In this document: piece by piece, positions 36,548 to 45,077 of the stretch | Position numbering within the stretch: position 1 is the first letter of the stretch | Layout of the letters: each line of letters opens with the position of its first letter | Assembly: GCA_026128965.1 (NCBI GenBank) | Contig: JAHCIY010000002.1 | Location: forward strand, 1,448,108 to 1,512,107 | Direction of reading: 5' to 3' | DNA length: 64,000 bases | Source: Labilithrix sp. | GTDB taxonomy: Bacteria; Myxococcota_A; Polyangia; Polyangiales; Polyangiaceae | Notes under the pieces: model-generated | The model's input: only the letters and a program-made list of their open reading frames with translations | Told to the model about the DNA's origin: nothing | Database searches by the model: none | Made by a program: the position numbers and the translations under genes

Positions 36548-38030
36548 AGCGCTCCCGAACGACATCGTCGCTCAGTTTCGAGCGACGACGGTGGAGCGCC
36601 TCGGACGCATCGAAGAGGCGTGGGGCTCGCTCGCGCACGGCGTCGCGACGGCGGAGAACGAGTCGGAGCTGTTCCACGACGTCCACACGCTGAAGGGCGA
36701 GGCCCGCCTCGTCGGGTTCGCCGACGTCGTCCTGATCATCCAGCGGCTCGAGGACCTCCTCGTCGCCGCGCGCCGCCGCCGCTACCGCGTGAACGAGGAC
36801 GTCGACGTGCTCGTCACGATGGCGATCCAGTTCGCGCGCATGCTCGTGCGGAAGCGCCCCGGCGCGTCGAACGGCGGGATCGACATCGGCGGCTTCCTCA
36901 AGCAGATCGAGGACGTCCTCGCGGAGTGGCCGCGCCAGTCGGAGGGCCCGGAGTCGAACGGCGCCGCGTCGATGCGCCCGGCCGACGGCGGCAAGATCAC
37001 GGTCGCGATCCGGCAGCGCCTCGGCGGCGCGGCGACCCAGATCTTCCTCGAGATGCTCGTCGCGTCCGACCGGATCCGCCTCCGCCGCGCGTGGGACACG
37101 CTCGTCGGCGAGCTCGCCGGCCTCGACGCGGTGCCGCTCATGCCCGTCGCTCGCCACCACGCGGCGTCGGCGAAGGAGCTCGCGGCCGAGCTGGGGAAGG
37201 AGGTCGACGTCATCGTCGAGGGCCCCGATCTGCGCGTCGGCGTCGAGGTCCTCGACACGATCCACACGTCGCTCCTCCACTGCCTGCGCAACGCGGTCGA
37301 TCACGGGATCGAGCCGCCGAGCGCCCGCGTCGCCGCGGGCAAGCCGCGCCGCGGCAACGTCTGCGTGAAGGTCCGCGCCGAGACCGACAGCGTCGCGGTG
37401 ATCGTGCAGGACGACGGCGGCGGCGTCGACCTCGAGTCGATCCGCGATCGCGCGGCGAAGCTCGGGCTCCTCTCGGCCGAAGACGCGCTCGCCGCGCCGG
37501 AGGCGACGCTCCTCGATCTGACGTTCGCGGCCGGCTTCTCCGTGCGCGAGTCCGCGGGCACGGTGTCGGGCCGCGGCATCGGGCTCGACGCCGTGCGCGC
37601 AGGGATCGAGCGGCTCGGCGGGCGGATAGGGATCGCGTCCACGCGCGGCGTGGGGGCGATCGTGTCGTTCGAGGTCCCGAGCACGCGGCGCGTCGTCGAG
37701 GTGCATCGCCTCCCGTCGACGCAGGCCGGCCTCTCCTTCGCGATCCCGACGACGTGGACGGTGCGGAGCGGCAAGAGCGATTCGTACCTCGATCCAGTCA
37801 CCGTGCTCGCGCTCCGGCGCAACGAGCAGACCACGCCGACGGTGGGTCAGATCGTCGTCACGCGCGACGGCGAGGAGCACGGCCTCGTCATCGGCGGCCC
37901 CGTCTCGCGCGTCGCCGCGACGCGCATCGCGCCGACGTCGCCGGACGAGCCGCTCGAGGTCGTCGCGTTCGGCGGCGAGCACCTCCTGCTCCTCCGCCCC
38001 GAGGTGTTCTTCACCGCGCGCGGCCCCTGA
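36528..38030 (+). CDS. CheA-like histidine kinase (Hpt - dimerisation - HATPase - CheW-like), no P2 domain
   Basis: Likely GTG start near 36528-36531, overlapping the end of the 36152..36547 gene. N-terminal Hpt H-box HDVHTLKGEARLVGF; CheA-type N-box HCLRNAVDHGIEP; G-boxes DDGGGVD, GRGIGLDAV; C-terminal ~110-aa CheW-like domain. Confidence 0.85.
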   Translation, partial: PVVSAAEALPNDIVAQFRATTVERLGRIEEAWGSLAHGVATAENESELFHDVHTLKGEARLVGFADVVLIIQRLEDLLVAARRRRYRVNEDVDVLVTMAIQFARMLVRKRPGASNGGIDIGGFLKQIEDVLAEWPRQSEGPESNGAASMRPADGGKITVAIRQRLGGAATQIFLEMLVASDRIRLRRAWDTLVGELAGLDAVPLMPVARHHAASAKELAAELGKEVDVIVEGPDLRVGVEVLDTIHTSLLHCLRNAVDHGIEPPSARVAAGKPRRGNVCVKVRAETDSVAVIVQDDGGGVDLESIRDRAAKLGLLSAEDALAAPEATLLDLTFAAGFSVRESAGTVSGRGIGLDAVRAGIERLGGRIGIASTRGVGAIVSFEVPSTRRVVEVHRLPSTQAGLSFAIPTTWTVRSGKSDSYLDPVTVLALRRNEQTTPTVGQIVVTRDGEEHGLVIGGPVSRVAATRIAPTSPDEPLEVVAFGGEHLLLLRPEVFFTARGP

Positions 38031-38035
38031 TCGGA

Positions 38036-38404
38036 TCACGCCTCGCCGAGGACGCTCTTCACCTTCGCGAGCAGCGCGTCGGGTCCGGCCTTCTTCGTGA
38101 CCCAGCCGTCGACCTCGGCTTCGGCCGCGCGCCGGGCGAGCTCCTCCTCGTCGAGGCTCGAGAGGAGGAGGATCGGCGACGATACTTTGTACGCGCCGCG
38201 GAGCGCGCTCGCGAGGTCGTCGCCGAAGACCTCCGGCATCTGGACGTCGACGATGATGAGGTCGGGCGCGGCGCGCCGGCGCTCCGCTTCGAACGCGGCG
38301 ACCGTCGTCGCGGTCGCGACCTCGTAGCCGGCGCGCTCGAGCACGGCGCGCGTGAAGTCGAGCACGAGCGCGCTGTCGTCGATGAGGAGGATCCTACGCG
38401 GCAC
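38036..38404 (-). CDS. CheY-like single-domain response regulator
   Basis: RILLIDDSALV...LIIVDVQMPEV...SPILLLSS...WVTKK receiver motifs. Confidence 0.85.
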   Translation of the reverse strand: MPRRILLIDDSALVLDFTRAVLERAGYEVATATTVAAFEAERRRAAPDLIIVDVQMPEVFGDDLASALRGAYKVSSPILLLSSLDEEELARRAAEAEVDGWVTKKAGPDALLAKVKSVLGEA

Positions 38405-39143
38405 CGTATTCGCTCCACGGCGGCGCGCCGATCAGGAACTCGAGCGTGCAGAAGAGGTCCTTCAGCGCGATCGGCTTGGCGAGGAAGAGGTCGGCGCCGG
38501 CGTCGAGCATCGCCTGGCGCGCCGCCCTTCCGGCGCCGCTCATCCCGACGATGAAGGCGAGCCCGAGCTGGGTGTCGGCGCGGAGGCGCGAGACGAAGTC
38601 GGTGCCGGAGCTGGCCTTCAGCGTGTGATCGACGAGGAGGAGATCGAGGTCGGGGCGCGCGAGGCGCCACGCCTCCTCCGCCGTCGCCGCCTGCACGAGG
38701 CGGAGGCGGGCGGAGCGTTGCTTGAAGTAGCGCTCGAACGCGTACGCGAACGTGTCGCGAATGAGCTGGTTGTCCTCGACGAGCAAGACCGAGAGCTCGC
38801 GGTTCGCGAGCGCGCCGGGGACCGGGCGGATGCGCCGCGCGACCTCACGCGCGCGCTCTCGCTGCCGCTCGTCGGCGAAGTCGAAGGTCGCGACGAAGCC
38901 GGGCGGCGAGCCGGGACCGTCGGAGACGCGGATCTGCGTGACGGCGGCGGAGAGGCGGAGCGGGCGGAAGATGCGCGGGAACGAGAGCTCGACGCTCACG
39001 CGATGATCGAGAGGCGGGAGAAGCTCGGTGATCACGAAAACCGACTCTTCCGTCATCTCGATGGCACACGTCGTCTCCGCGAAGCCGTCGCGGAAGAGCT
39101 CGGCACGCAAGATCGCGCTGCGCTGTGCGCTCACGGTCGTCAC
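38394..39143 (-). CDS. Response regulator with N-terminal PilZ-like domain (tentative) and C-terminal receiver
   Basis: C-terminal REC (LSVLLVEDNQ...LLLVDHTLK...IVGMSG...AKP). N-terminal ~120 aa have an R(x)4R element and DGPGSPPG loop suggestive of a degenerate PilZ. Overlaps the downstream CheY-like gene by 11 nt. Confidence 0.6.
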   Translation of the reverse strand: MTTVSAQRSAILRAELFRDGFAETTCAIEMTEESVFVITELLPPLDHRVSVELSFPRIFRPLRLSAAVTQIRVSDGPGSPPGFVATFDFADERQRERAREVARRIRPVPGALANRELSVLLVEDNQLIRDTFAYAFERYFKQRSARLRLVQAATAEEAWRLARPDLDLLLVDHTLKASSGTDFVSRLRADTQLGLAFIVGMSGAGRAARQAMLDAGADLFLAKPIALKDLFCTLEFLIGAPPWSEYGAA

Positions 39144-39227
39144 TGCGATCAGGATAACGGTGCGTTCGCGCGCCGCGTAGAGCGTTCCATCGCGCCGGGA
39201 GACGAACGGTGCGATAGGGAGCGAGCA

Positions 39228-39482
39228 TCACTCCTCGGTGATGACGGCGTCGTGCGCGGCGGTGATCTGCGCAGCGACCGTCTTCCGCACCACTTCTTCG
39301 ATCGCGACGTCGACGTTCGTGACCTCGATCACGCCGCGGCCGTCGCTCTCGAGCCGCGCCTGCACGCCGCTCTCCTTCGGCAGGCCGAGCGCGCGGAGGT
39401 TCTCCTCGGTCCGCGCCTGGAGCGTGACCATCTCCGGCGCGCCGAAGGTCCCGCGGAACGTGAAGACGATGCTCTTCCTCAT
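39228..39482 (-). CDS. Small hypothetical protein (~85 aa)
   Basis: Internal ATG (MRKSIVFTFRGTFGAPE...). No recognisable motifs. Confidence 0.35.
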   Translation of the reverse strand: MRKSIVFTFRGTFGAPEMVTLQARTEENLRALGLPKESGVQARLESDGRGVIEVTNVDVAIEEVVRKTVAAQITAAHDAVITEE

Positions 39483-39574
39483 CCGCTGAATAGAGCGCGA
39501 TCCACGCGGCTCTTCAATGCTGCGCGAGGGCGCAGGATTGACTCCGCTCACCTGGGCTGTCATCTTCGTCGTCC

Positions 39575-39648
39575 GAGGCGGTGGAGTCCGCCCTCATCCG
39601 TTCGCTCCCTCGAAGGCAGCGAGCCAATGGCTCCTACGGCAGTGCCAT
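39575..39648 (+). ncRNA. Candidate fluoride riboswitch (crcB motif) aptamer with an RBS-sequestering expression platform
   Basis: GGCGGUGGAGUCCGCC (P1 stem GGCG/CGCC with an 8-nt loop, as in the GGCGAUGGnnnnCGCC consensus), a middle hairpin, then 3' CAAUGGCUCCUAC. Loop GGAGUC can pseudoknot with GGCUCC (one G-U). Downstream hairpin CCUCCG-N12-CGGAGG (39675-39698) buries the GGAGG RBS of the CLC gene. Confidence 0.55.
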
Positions 39649-39705
39649 GACTGGCGCCGTAGGTCATCGATAACCTCCGGCGCTTCACGACGCGGAGGTT
39701 GTGAC

Positions 39706-40998
39706 GTGCGATCGAACATCCTGGCGGCCCTGAAGAGGCGGGCGAACGCGCTCCTCCAGTGGATCGGGCTCGGGGCGGCGGTGGGGCTCGCCTGCGGCGG
39801 CGCGTCGGCGTTCTTCCTCACGCTGCTCGAGCACGCGACGCAGCTCCGCGAGTCGCACGAGCAGCTCGTCTACACGCTGCCGATCGCGGGCCTCGTCATC
39901 GGCTTCCTCTACGACCGCTGGGGGAAGCCGATCAAAGGCGGCAACAACCTCGTCCTCGACACGATGCACGAGAGCGCGCCGCAGATCCCGTTTCGCATGG
40001 CGCCGATGGTGCTCCTCGGCACCGTCCTCACCCACGTCTTCGGCGGCAGCGCGGGACGTGAAGGCACGGCGGTGCAGATGGGCGCGAGCCTCGCCGACGA
40101 GATCGCCCATCGAGCGCGCGTCGGCAAGGAGACGCGTCGCCAGCTCCTGGCGGCGGGGATCGCGGGCGGCTTCGGCTCGGTCTTCGGCACCCCCATCGCC
40201 GGGACGGTCTTCGGAATGGAGGTCGTCTCGGTCGGTCGCATCGAATACGACGCGTTCTTGCCGGCGCTCGTCGCGTCCGTCGTCGGTGACCTCGTCACGC
40301 GCCGGCTCGGGATCGTCCACACGCCGTATCCACGCCTCGCGCACGTCGAGCTCACCGGGATCGTCCTCGGGAAGCTCGCGGTCATGGCGGTGGCGATGGC
40401 CCTCGCGACGATCGCGTTCGTCGAGCTCACGCATCGCCTGAAGCACCTCCTCGAGCGAAAGATCCGTTGGCTCTCGGTCCGCATGTGCGTGGGCGGGATC
40501 TGCGTCGTCGTGATGTGGAAGCTGATCGGGACGAGCGACTACCTCGGGCTCGGCGTGCCGATGATCGTCCGCTCGTTCGACGATCCGAGCCTGCCGTGGT
40601 TCGCGTTCGCGGCGAAGCTCGTGTTCACGTCGGTGACGCTCGCGGCGGGCTTCCTCGGCGGCGAGGTGACCCCCCTCTTCTTCGTCGGCGCCACGCTCGG
40701 GAGCGTGCTGGCGCGTCTCCTTGGTCTGCCGATCGAGCTCGGCGCCGGGGTCGGCCTCGCCGCGGTCTTCGGCGCGGCCGCGAACACGCCGATCGCGCTC
40801 TCGATCATGGCGGTCGAGCTGCTCGGCGCGGAGGCGTTCCCGCACGTCGTGATCGTCTCGGTCATCGCGTACATCTTGACCGGTCACCGCGGGATCTACC
40901 CCGCGCAGCGGATCCAGCTGCGAAAGCACGGCGGGCTCTTGCGCCGTCCCGTCCCGCTCCGCGACTACCGCGACTCGACCGCGCCGCCCGACTCGTGA
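39706..40998 (+). CDS. CLC-family fluoride/proton antiporter (CLC-F, EriC-F type)
   Basis: GTG at 39706, 8 nt after GGAGG. CLC architecture with GNNLV in place of GSGIP and GREGT in place of GREGP (hallmarks recalled for the fluoride-specific CLC-F clade); GxxxGMEV second gating region; GTPIAG. Confidence 0.85.
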   Translation: MRSNILAALKRRANALLQWIGLGAAVGLACGGASAFFLTLLEHATQLRESHEQLVYTLPIAGLVIGFLYDRWGKPIKGGNNLVLDTMHESAPQIPFRMAPMVLLGTVLTHVFGGSAGREGTAVQMGASLADEIAHRARVGKETRRQLLAAGIAGGFGSVFGTPIAGTVFGMEVVSVGRIEYDAFLPALVASVVGDLVTRRLGIVHTPYPRLAHVELTGIVLGKLAVMAVAMALATIAFVELTHRLKHLLERKIRWLSVRMCVGGICVVVMWKLIGTSDYLGLGVPMIVRSFDDPSLPWFAFAAKLVFTSVTLAAGFLGGEVTPLFFVGATLGSVLARLLGLPIELGAGVGLAAVFGAAANTPIALSIMAVELLGAEAFPHVVIVSVIAYILTGHRGIYPAQRIQLRKHGGLLRRPVPLRDYRDSTAPPDS

Positions 40999-41094
40999 GG
41001 AGAGGAGCATGGACCCGATCGCGGACCCGCTGAACGCGCTCGAGCGGCTCGCCGCCGCGCTCCGTCCGCTCGCGATCACGAATCCGATTTGGAT

Positions 41095-42441
41095 TCAGCC
41101 GTAGTGGCTCGCCGGCGCCGGCGCCGGTGCCTTCGGCGAGCGCGGGATCTCGAACCAGAACGTCGCGCCGCGGCCGACCTCCGACTCGACGCCGGCGCGA
41201 CCGCCGTGCGCCTCCGCGAGGCGGCGCACCGTCGCGAGGCCGAGGCCGACGCCGGGCTCCTTCGTGCCCGGCGCGCGGACGTAGGGATCGAAGACGCGGG
41301 CGTGGAGCTCGCGCGCGAGGCCGGGACCGTTGTCGGCGACCTCGACGCGGACGGCGGAGCCGCGCTCGCGGGCGCGGATCTCGATGCGAGGCTCCTCTCC
41401 GTTGCCGTTGCCGTTGCCGTTGCCGATGTACTTGATCGCGTTCCGCGCGAGGTTCGCGATGAGGCTCGTGAGGACGCCCGGATCGCACGCCGCGACGAGG
41501 TCGGCGTCTTGCTTCGTCGTCAGCGCGATGCGCTTCTCCGCGACGGTGGGCTCGAGCTCGGCGACGAGGTCGGCGGTGATGCGCGCGACGTCGGCGCGCG
41601 CCCCGACGGCGGGCCGTCCCCCCGCGCGCGCGAACTCGAGGAGGCCGTTCACGAGGCGCTGGATCCGCTCGAGCGACGAGGTCCCGCGCTCGACGACGCG
41701 CGCGCGTTGCTTCGGATCTTCGGTCCGGCCGAGGATGTCGAGGGCGAAGCCGATCGCGCCGAGCGGGCTCAGGATGTCGTGCGCGACGCGGCCGGCGAAG
41801 CCTTCGAGCTCCGCCGCGCGCTCCTCTTGCAGCTGCCGCCGCCGCTCCGCGATCTCGCGATCGGCGCGGACGAAGCGCTGCACGAGGTACGCGCCGAGGA
41901 GCGCGAGGAGCGCGCACACGACGTCGAGCGCGAGGGCGACGCGGCTCGACTGCGCGCGGAGGTGCCGGATGCGGAGCGCCGACTCGCGCGTTCGCACCGC
42001 GCTCGCCTCGAGCGCCTCCGTGATCGCGTCCGACACGTCGCCGACGATCGGCAGGACGTCGTCCACGTCCGCGTCGTCGCGCTCGAGGCGCCGCAACATG
42101 CCGTCGAGCTCGTCCTTGGAGCGCCGCACGTCGCGCCAGCTCTCCTCCTCCCCGGGCAAGAGCGGGCGCGTGAGGTAGCCGTCGAGCGAGCGATCGAGGA
42201 CGTGGCGCGCGTCGACGAGCGCCGCGTTCTCCACTGGCTCGCGGCGGAGGACGAGGAGGAGGTGCCGCAGATCGCTGCGTGCGGCGGCGAGGTGCTCGAT
42301 GCCGGGCGCGGAGTCGTCGGCGATCTCGAGCGCCGCGTCGTCGATCGCGCGCAATTCCCAGTGCACGAACGCGGTCGCGGTGACGAACGAGAGGACCACG
42401 CCCGCGAAGATCGCGGGCAGGACTACGCGCGAGGTCGGCAT
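41095..42441 (-). CDS. Membrane sensor histidine kinase (HisKA + HATPase_c)
   Basis: Start at the internal ATG (MPTSRVVLPAIFAGVVLSF, TM1); second TM ~aa 190. H-box FAGRVAHDILSPLGAI; N-box LIANLARNAIKY; G-boxes DNGPGL, GVGLGLA. Contains a (GN)4-5 insertion encoded by (gttgcc)4. Confidence 0.85.
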   Translation of the reverse strand: MPTSRVVLPAIFAGVVLSFVTATAFVHWELRAIDDAALEIADDSAPGIEHLAAARSDLRHLLLVLRREPVENAALVDARHVLDRSLDGYLTRPLLPGEEESWRDVRRSKDELDGMLRRLERDDADVDDVLPIVGDVSDAITEALEASAVRTRESALRIRHLRAQSSRVALALDVVCALLALLGAYLVQRFVRADREIAERRRQLQEERAAELEGFAGRVAHDILSPLGAIGFALDILGRTEDPKQRARVVERGTSSLERIQRLVNGLLEFARAGGRPAVGARADVARITADLVAELEPTVAEKRIALTTKQDADLVAACDPGVLTSLIANLARNAIKYIGNGNGNGNGEEPRIEIRARERGSAVRVEVADNGPGLARELHARVFDPYVRAPGTKEPGVGLGLATVRRLAEAHGGRAGVESEVGRGATFWFEIPRSPKAPAPAPASHYG

Positions 42442-42532
42442 GCGTGACACCTCCGGCTGCGGGACTGTGCCCCGACAGCGAAGGCCTGCCATTCATTCCC
42501 GACGAATCGTGGTCGAGGTCGATCGTCGACTC

Positions 42533-43270
42533 TCACCACAGCTCGTGGCTGACGACGCGGAAGCCGCTCGAGAAGAAGGGAGGCATCGGCGAGTCGCCGG
42601 TGAAGCCGCGGCCGTACGTCCCGTCGAGCTGGAGGTGATCGTTGAAGATGATGCGGAACCCGACCTGGTACGCCGCGCCCGCGCCCGCGACGTACGGGTC
42701 GCCGGAGAAGACCTCGCCGATGAGGTGAAAATCGTAGATCGTCTCGACCTGCGTGCCGACGCCCCACGTGAATTTGACGGGGTCGAAGCCCTTCGCCGCG
42801 ATCGCCGATAATCCGATGTTGGCGTGAATGAGGAAGTCGTCTTCTTTGAAGAAGGCCTGCGTCATTGCCAAATAGCTGAACCCCGTCCAGCCCGGAGCGG
42901 AGAAGCCGCCGCGGCCGAGCGGCGGCACGGTGCCGGCGGAGAGCGCGAAGCCGGGCGGCCGGTTCGGGATCGTCTCGCGGAGGAGGACCTTGGCCTGCGC
43001 GACGGGGCCGGCGATGTCGTAGCCCTCCTCCCGCGTGCTGATGTTGCCGATGCCGTGCACGCCGCCGAGGGTGAGCTCGAGCCAGTCGTTGGGGCCGATC
43101 GCGGGGAGGATCCAGTGCTGGAGCGCGAGGTCGTCGCGGCGCCAGTAGGTCTCGAGCTGGAGGTGCCCCTTGCCGACCACGCGCGCGTCGTCGGTGATGA
43201 ACGGACGGATCGCCGCCGCCGGGGCGCTCACGAAGAGCGCGGCGAGCGCGAGGCCGAGGGTCAGCGCGCG
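42533..43270 (-). CDS. Putative outer-membrane beta-barrel protein (MetA-pathway/phenol-degradation-like transporter family; tentative)
   Basis: Signal peptide (LALAALFVSAPAAA), alternating amphipathic beta-strand pattern, C-terminal aromatic residue (…VSHELW). Start codon uncertain. Confidence 0.5.
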   Translation of the reverse strand, partial: RALTLGLALAALFVSAPAAAIRPFITDDARVVGKGHLQLETYWRRDDLALQHWILPAIGPNDWLELTLGGVHGIGNISTREEGYDIAGPVAQAKVLLRETIPNRPPGFALSAGTVPPLGRGGFSAPGWTGFSYLAMTQAFFKEDDFLIHANIGLSAIAAKGFDPVKFTWGVGTQVETIYDFHLIGEVFSGDPYVAGAGAAYQVGFRIIFNDHLQLDGTYGRGFTGDSPMPPFFSSGFRVVSHELW

Positions 43271-45000
43271 GCGCACTTCGGGTTCTTCCAGCGAAAGCGG
43301 TCGACGAGCACGACGGGATCGTCCTTCTTCAGCGGATCGACGCGGCCGAAGACCCACCCGTCGGCGTGACTACCATCCTTCTTGAAGCGCAGCCGGACGA
43401 AGTGCTTGTAGCCGGGGTGCGCGAGCGCGCTGAAGGCCTGATGCTGCTCGATGCCGAGCATCGTGAGCAGCATCAGGTACGCGCCGAGCGCGAGGGTCCC
43501 GACGTACACCGTGCCGGCGAGGCCGAGCGCGAGGAACGTGAGCGCGCGCGCGATGTGGAACCACAACAGCACCTCGAACACCACGAGCGGCAGGAGACCG
43601 ATGACGGAGCCGCACACGAGCGAGAGCGCCGCGACCTTGAGGCGGTTCTTGCGGAAGCCGCCGAGGAAGAAGCAGACGAGGAACGCGGCGAGCGCGACGA
43701 CGACGCTGAGCAAGCCGGCGCCTTCGTGCGTGCGCCACTGGTGCATGAAGATCGGCGCCTGCACGAGCGCGAGCACGGTGTGCACGACGAAGCCGGAGCG
43801 ACCGTGCGCGATCTGCCAGGGGACCTGGAGCGCGAGGACGACCGTCGTCGTCCGGCCGGGGAACTCGGCGTCGGGCTCGGGCAGGCCGCGCCGGTTGATC
43901 GTCGCGGGGTGGAGGAACGCGCCGCCGCCGCCGGCGAGGACCTGCATCCCGGGGCCCATCGTCTGGCGGCAGTAGTGATGCGTGTCGCCGGTGAGGACGA
44001 GGAGGCCGTCCTTCTCGATCCCGAGATCGAGCGCGGCGAGGATCTCCTGCCCCGCGCGGCTCGGCTCGAGGAACGCGTACGGCGGGTCGGCGACGCAGAG
44101 CACGATGCCGCGATCGGGGTCGCGCTCCTCCGCGAAGAACGCGCGCTGGTGGAAGTCGACGAGCCGGAGCTGGCGGTCGGCGCCCCAGAGATCGAGGTTG
44201 GGCGCGACGCGGAAGGTCCAGTAGCTCGCGTCCTGCACCGGCGTGTAGCCCGTCAGCGCGAGGGCGGCGCGCTTCACGACGTTGGTGCCGAGGCGGAAGG
44301 CCTCGACCCACTCGACGAAGTGCCCGATCTGGCCGAAGCGATCGACGGAGAGGTCGTCCTCCTTCTCCGCGCGCCCGAGCATGAGCCGCCGCGCGCGGAA
44401 CATGCGGCCGAAGCCGTCGAGCCCGGCGTACCAGTCGTGGTTGCCGGGGACGCCGAGCAGCGCGCGCTTCTTGTCGTCCGCGACGGTGCGGAGCACGGTG
44501 TTGAACGGCACGCAGACGCGGTTGTGGATCTCGACCTCGGTCGCGACCGGATAGGCGGTGTCGCCGCCGAAGAGGAGGACGTCGCCGCGCGGGAGGACGA
44601 GCTTCTTCGTCGGATCGTCGGGATCGTCGACCTCGTACTCGGACGCGATGAGGCGCGCGACGGCCTTGCTGACGGAGAAGTCGTCGCCGGTGTCGGAGAC
44701 GAAGTCGATCCAGACGTCGCCGTCGAGCGCCTCCGCGAGGCTGTCGGCGTCGGGGCGTGCGGCGCCGATCGTGTCGGCGAGGCGGCGCGTGAGCGCGCGC
44801 GCGGTGGCGGGGTGCATCCAGTCGCGCGAGTCGATGTCCTCCGTCGCGATGACGCTCGCGGCGAGGTGCCAGAGGTGACCCCAGAACGATTTGAAGCCGA
44901 ACCACGCGATCGCGCGCGGCCAGCGGTTGCCGCGGCGGTAGAACAACTTCGGCGCGTCCTCCGGCAGCGGCACGGGGACGACGACGGACGGCTCGGGCAC
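43261..45000 (-). CDS. Calcineurin-like metallophosphoesterase with C-terminal multi-pass membrane domain
   Basis: Metallophosphoesterase motifs GDTGDDF (D-x-H/GD), GDTAYP (GDxxY), GNHDW (GNH[DE]), GDTHHY. The last ~170 aa contain 4-5 hydrophobic helices. Confidence 0.8.
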   Translation of the reverse strand: MPEPSVVVPVPLPEDAPKLFYRRGNRWPRAIAWFGFKSFWGHLWHLAASVIATEDIDSRDWMHPATARALTRRLADTIGAARPDADSLAEALDGDVWIDFVSDTGDDFSVSKAVARLIASEYEVDDPDDPTKKLVLPRGDVLLFGGDTAYPVATEVEIHNRVCVPFNTVLRTVADDKKRALLGVPGNHDWYAGLDGFGRMFRARRLMLGRAEKEDDLSVDRFGQIGHFVEWVEAFRLGTNVVKRAALALTGYTPVQDASYWTFRVAPNLDLWGADRQLRLVDFHQRAFFAEERDPDRGIVLCVADPPYAFLEPSRAGQEILAALDLGIEKDGLLVLTGDTHHYCRQTMGPGMQVLAGGGGAFLHPATINRRGLPEPDAEFPGRTTTVVLALQVPWQIAHGRSGFVVHTVLALVQAPIFMHQWRTHEGAGLLSVVVALAAFLVCFFLGGFRKNRLKVAALSLVCGSVIGLLPLVVFEVLLWFHIARALTFLALGLAGTVYVGTLALGAYLMLLTMLGIEQHQAFSALAHPGYKHFVRLRFKKDGSHADGWVFGRVDPLKKDDPVVLVDRFRWKNPKCAAR

Positions 45001-45077
45001 GACCGCCTCTTACTACATCCCTGTGGAGAAAATCCCGCGCAACCACCGCGAAGGGCGGTCGAACGACGCGCACACAC

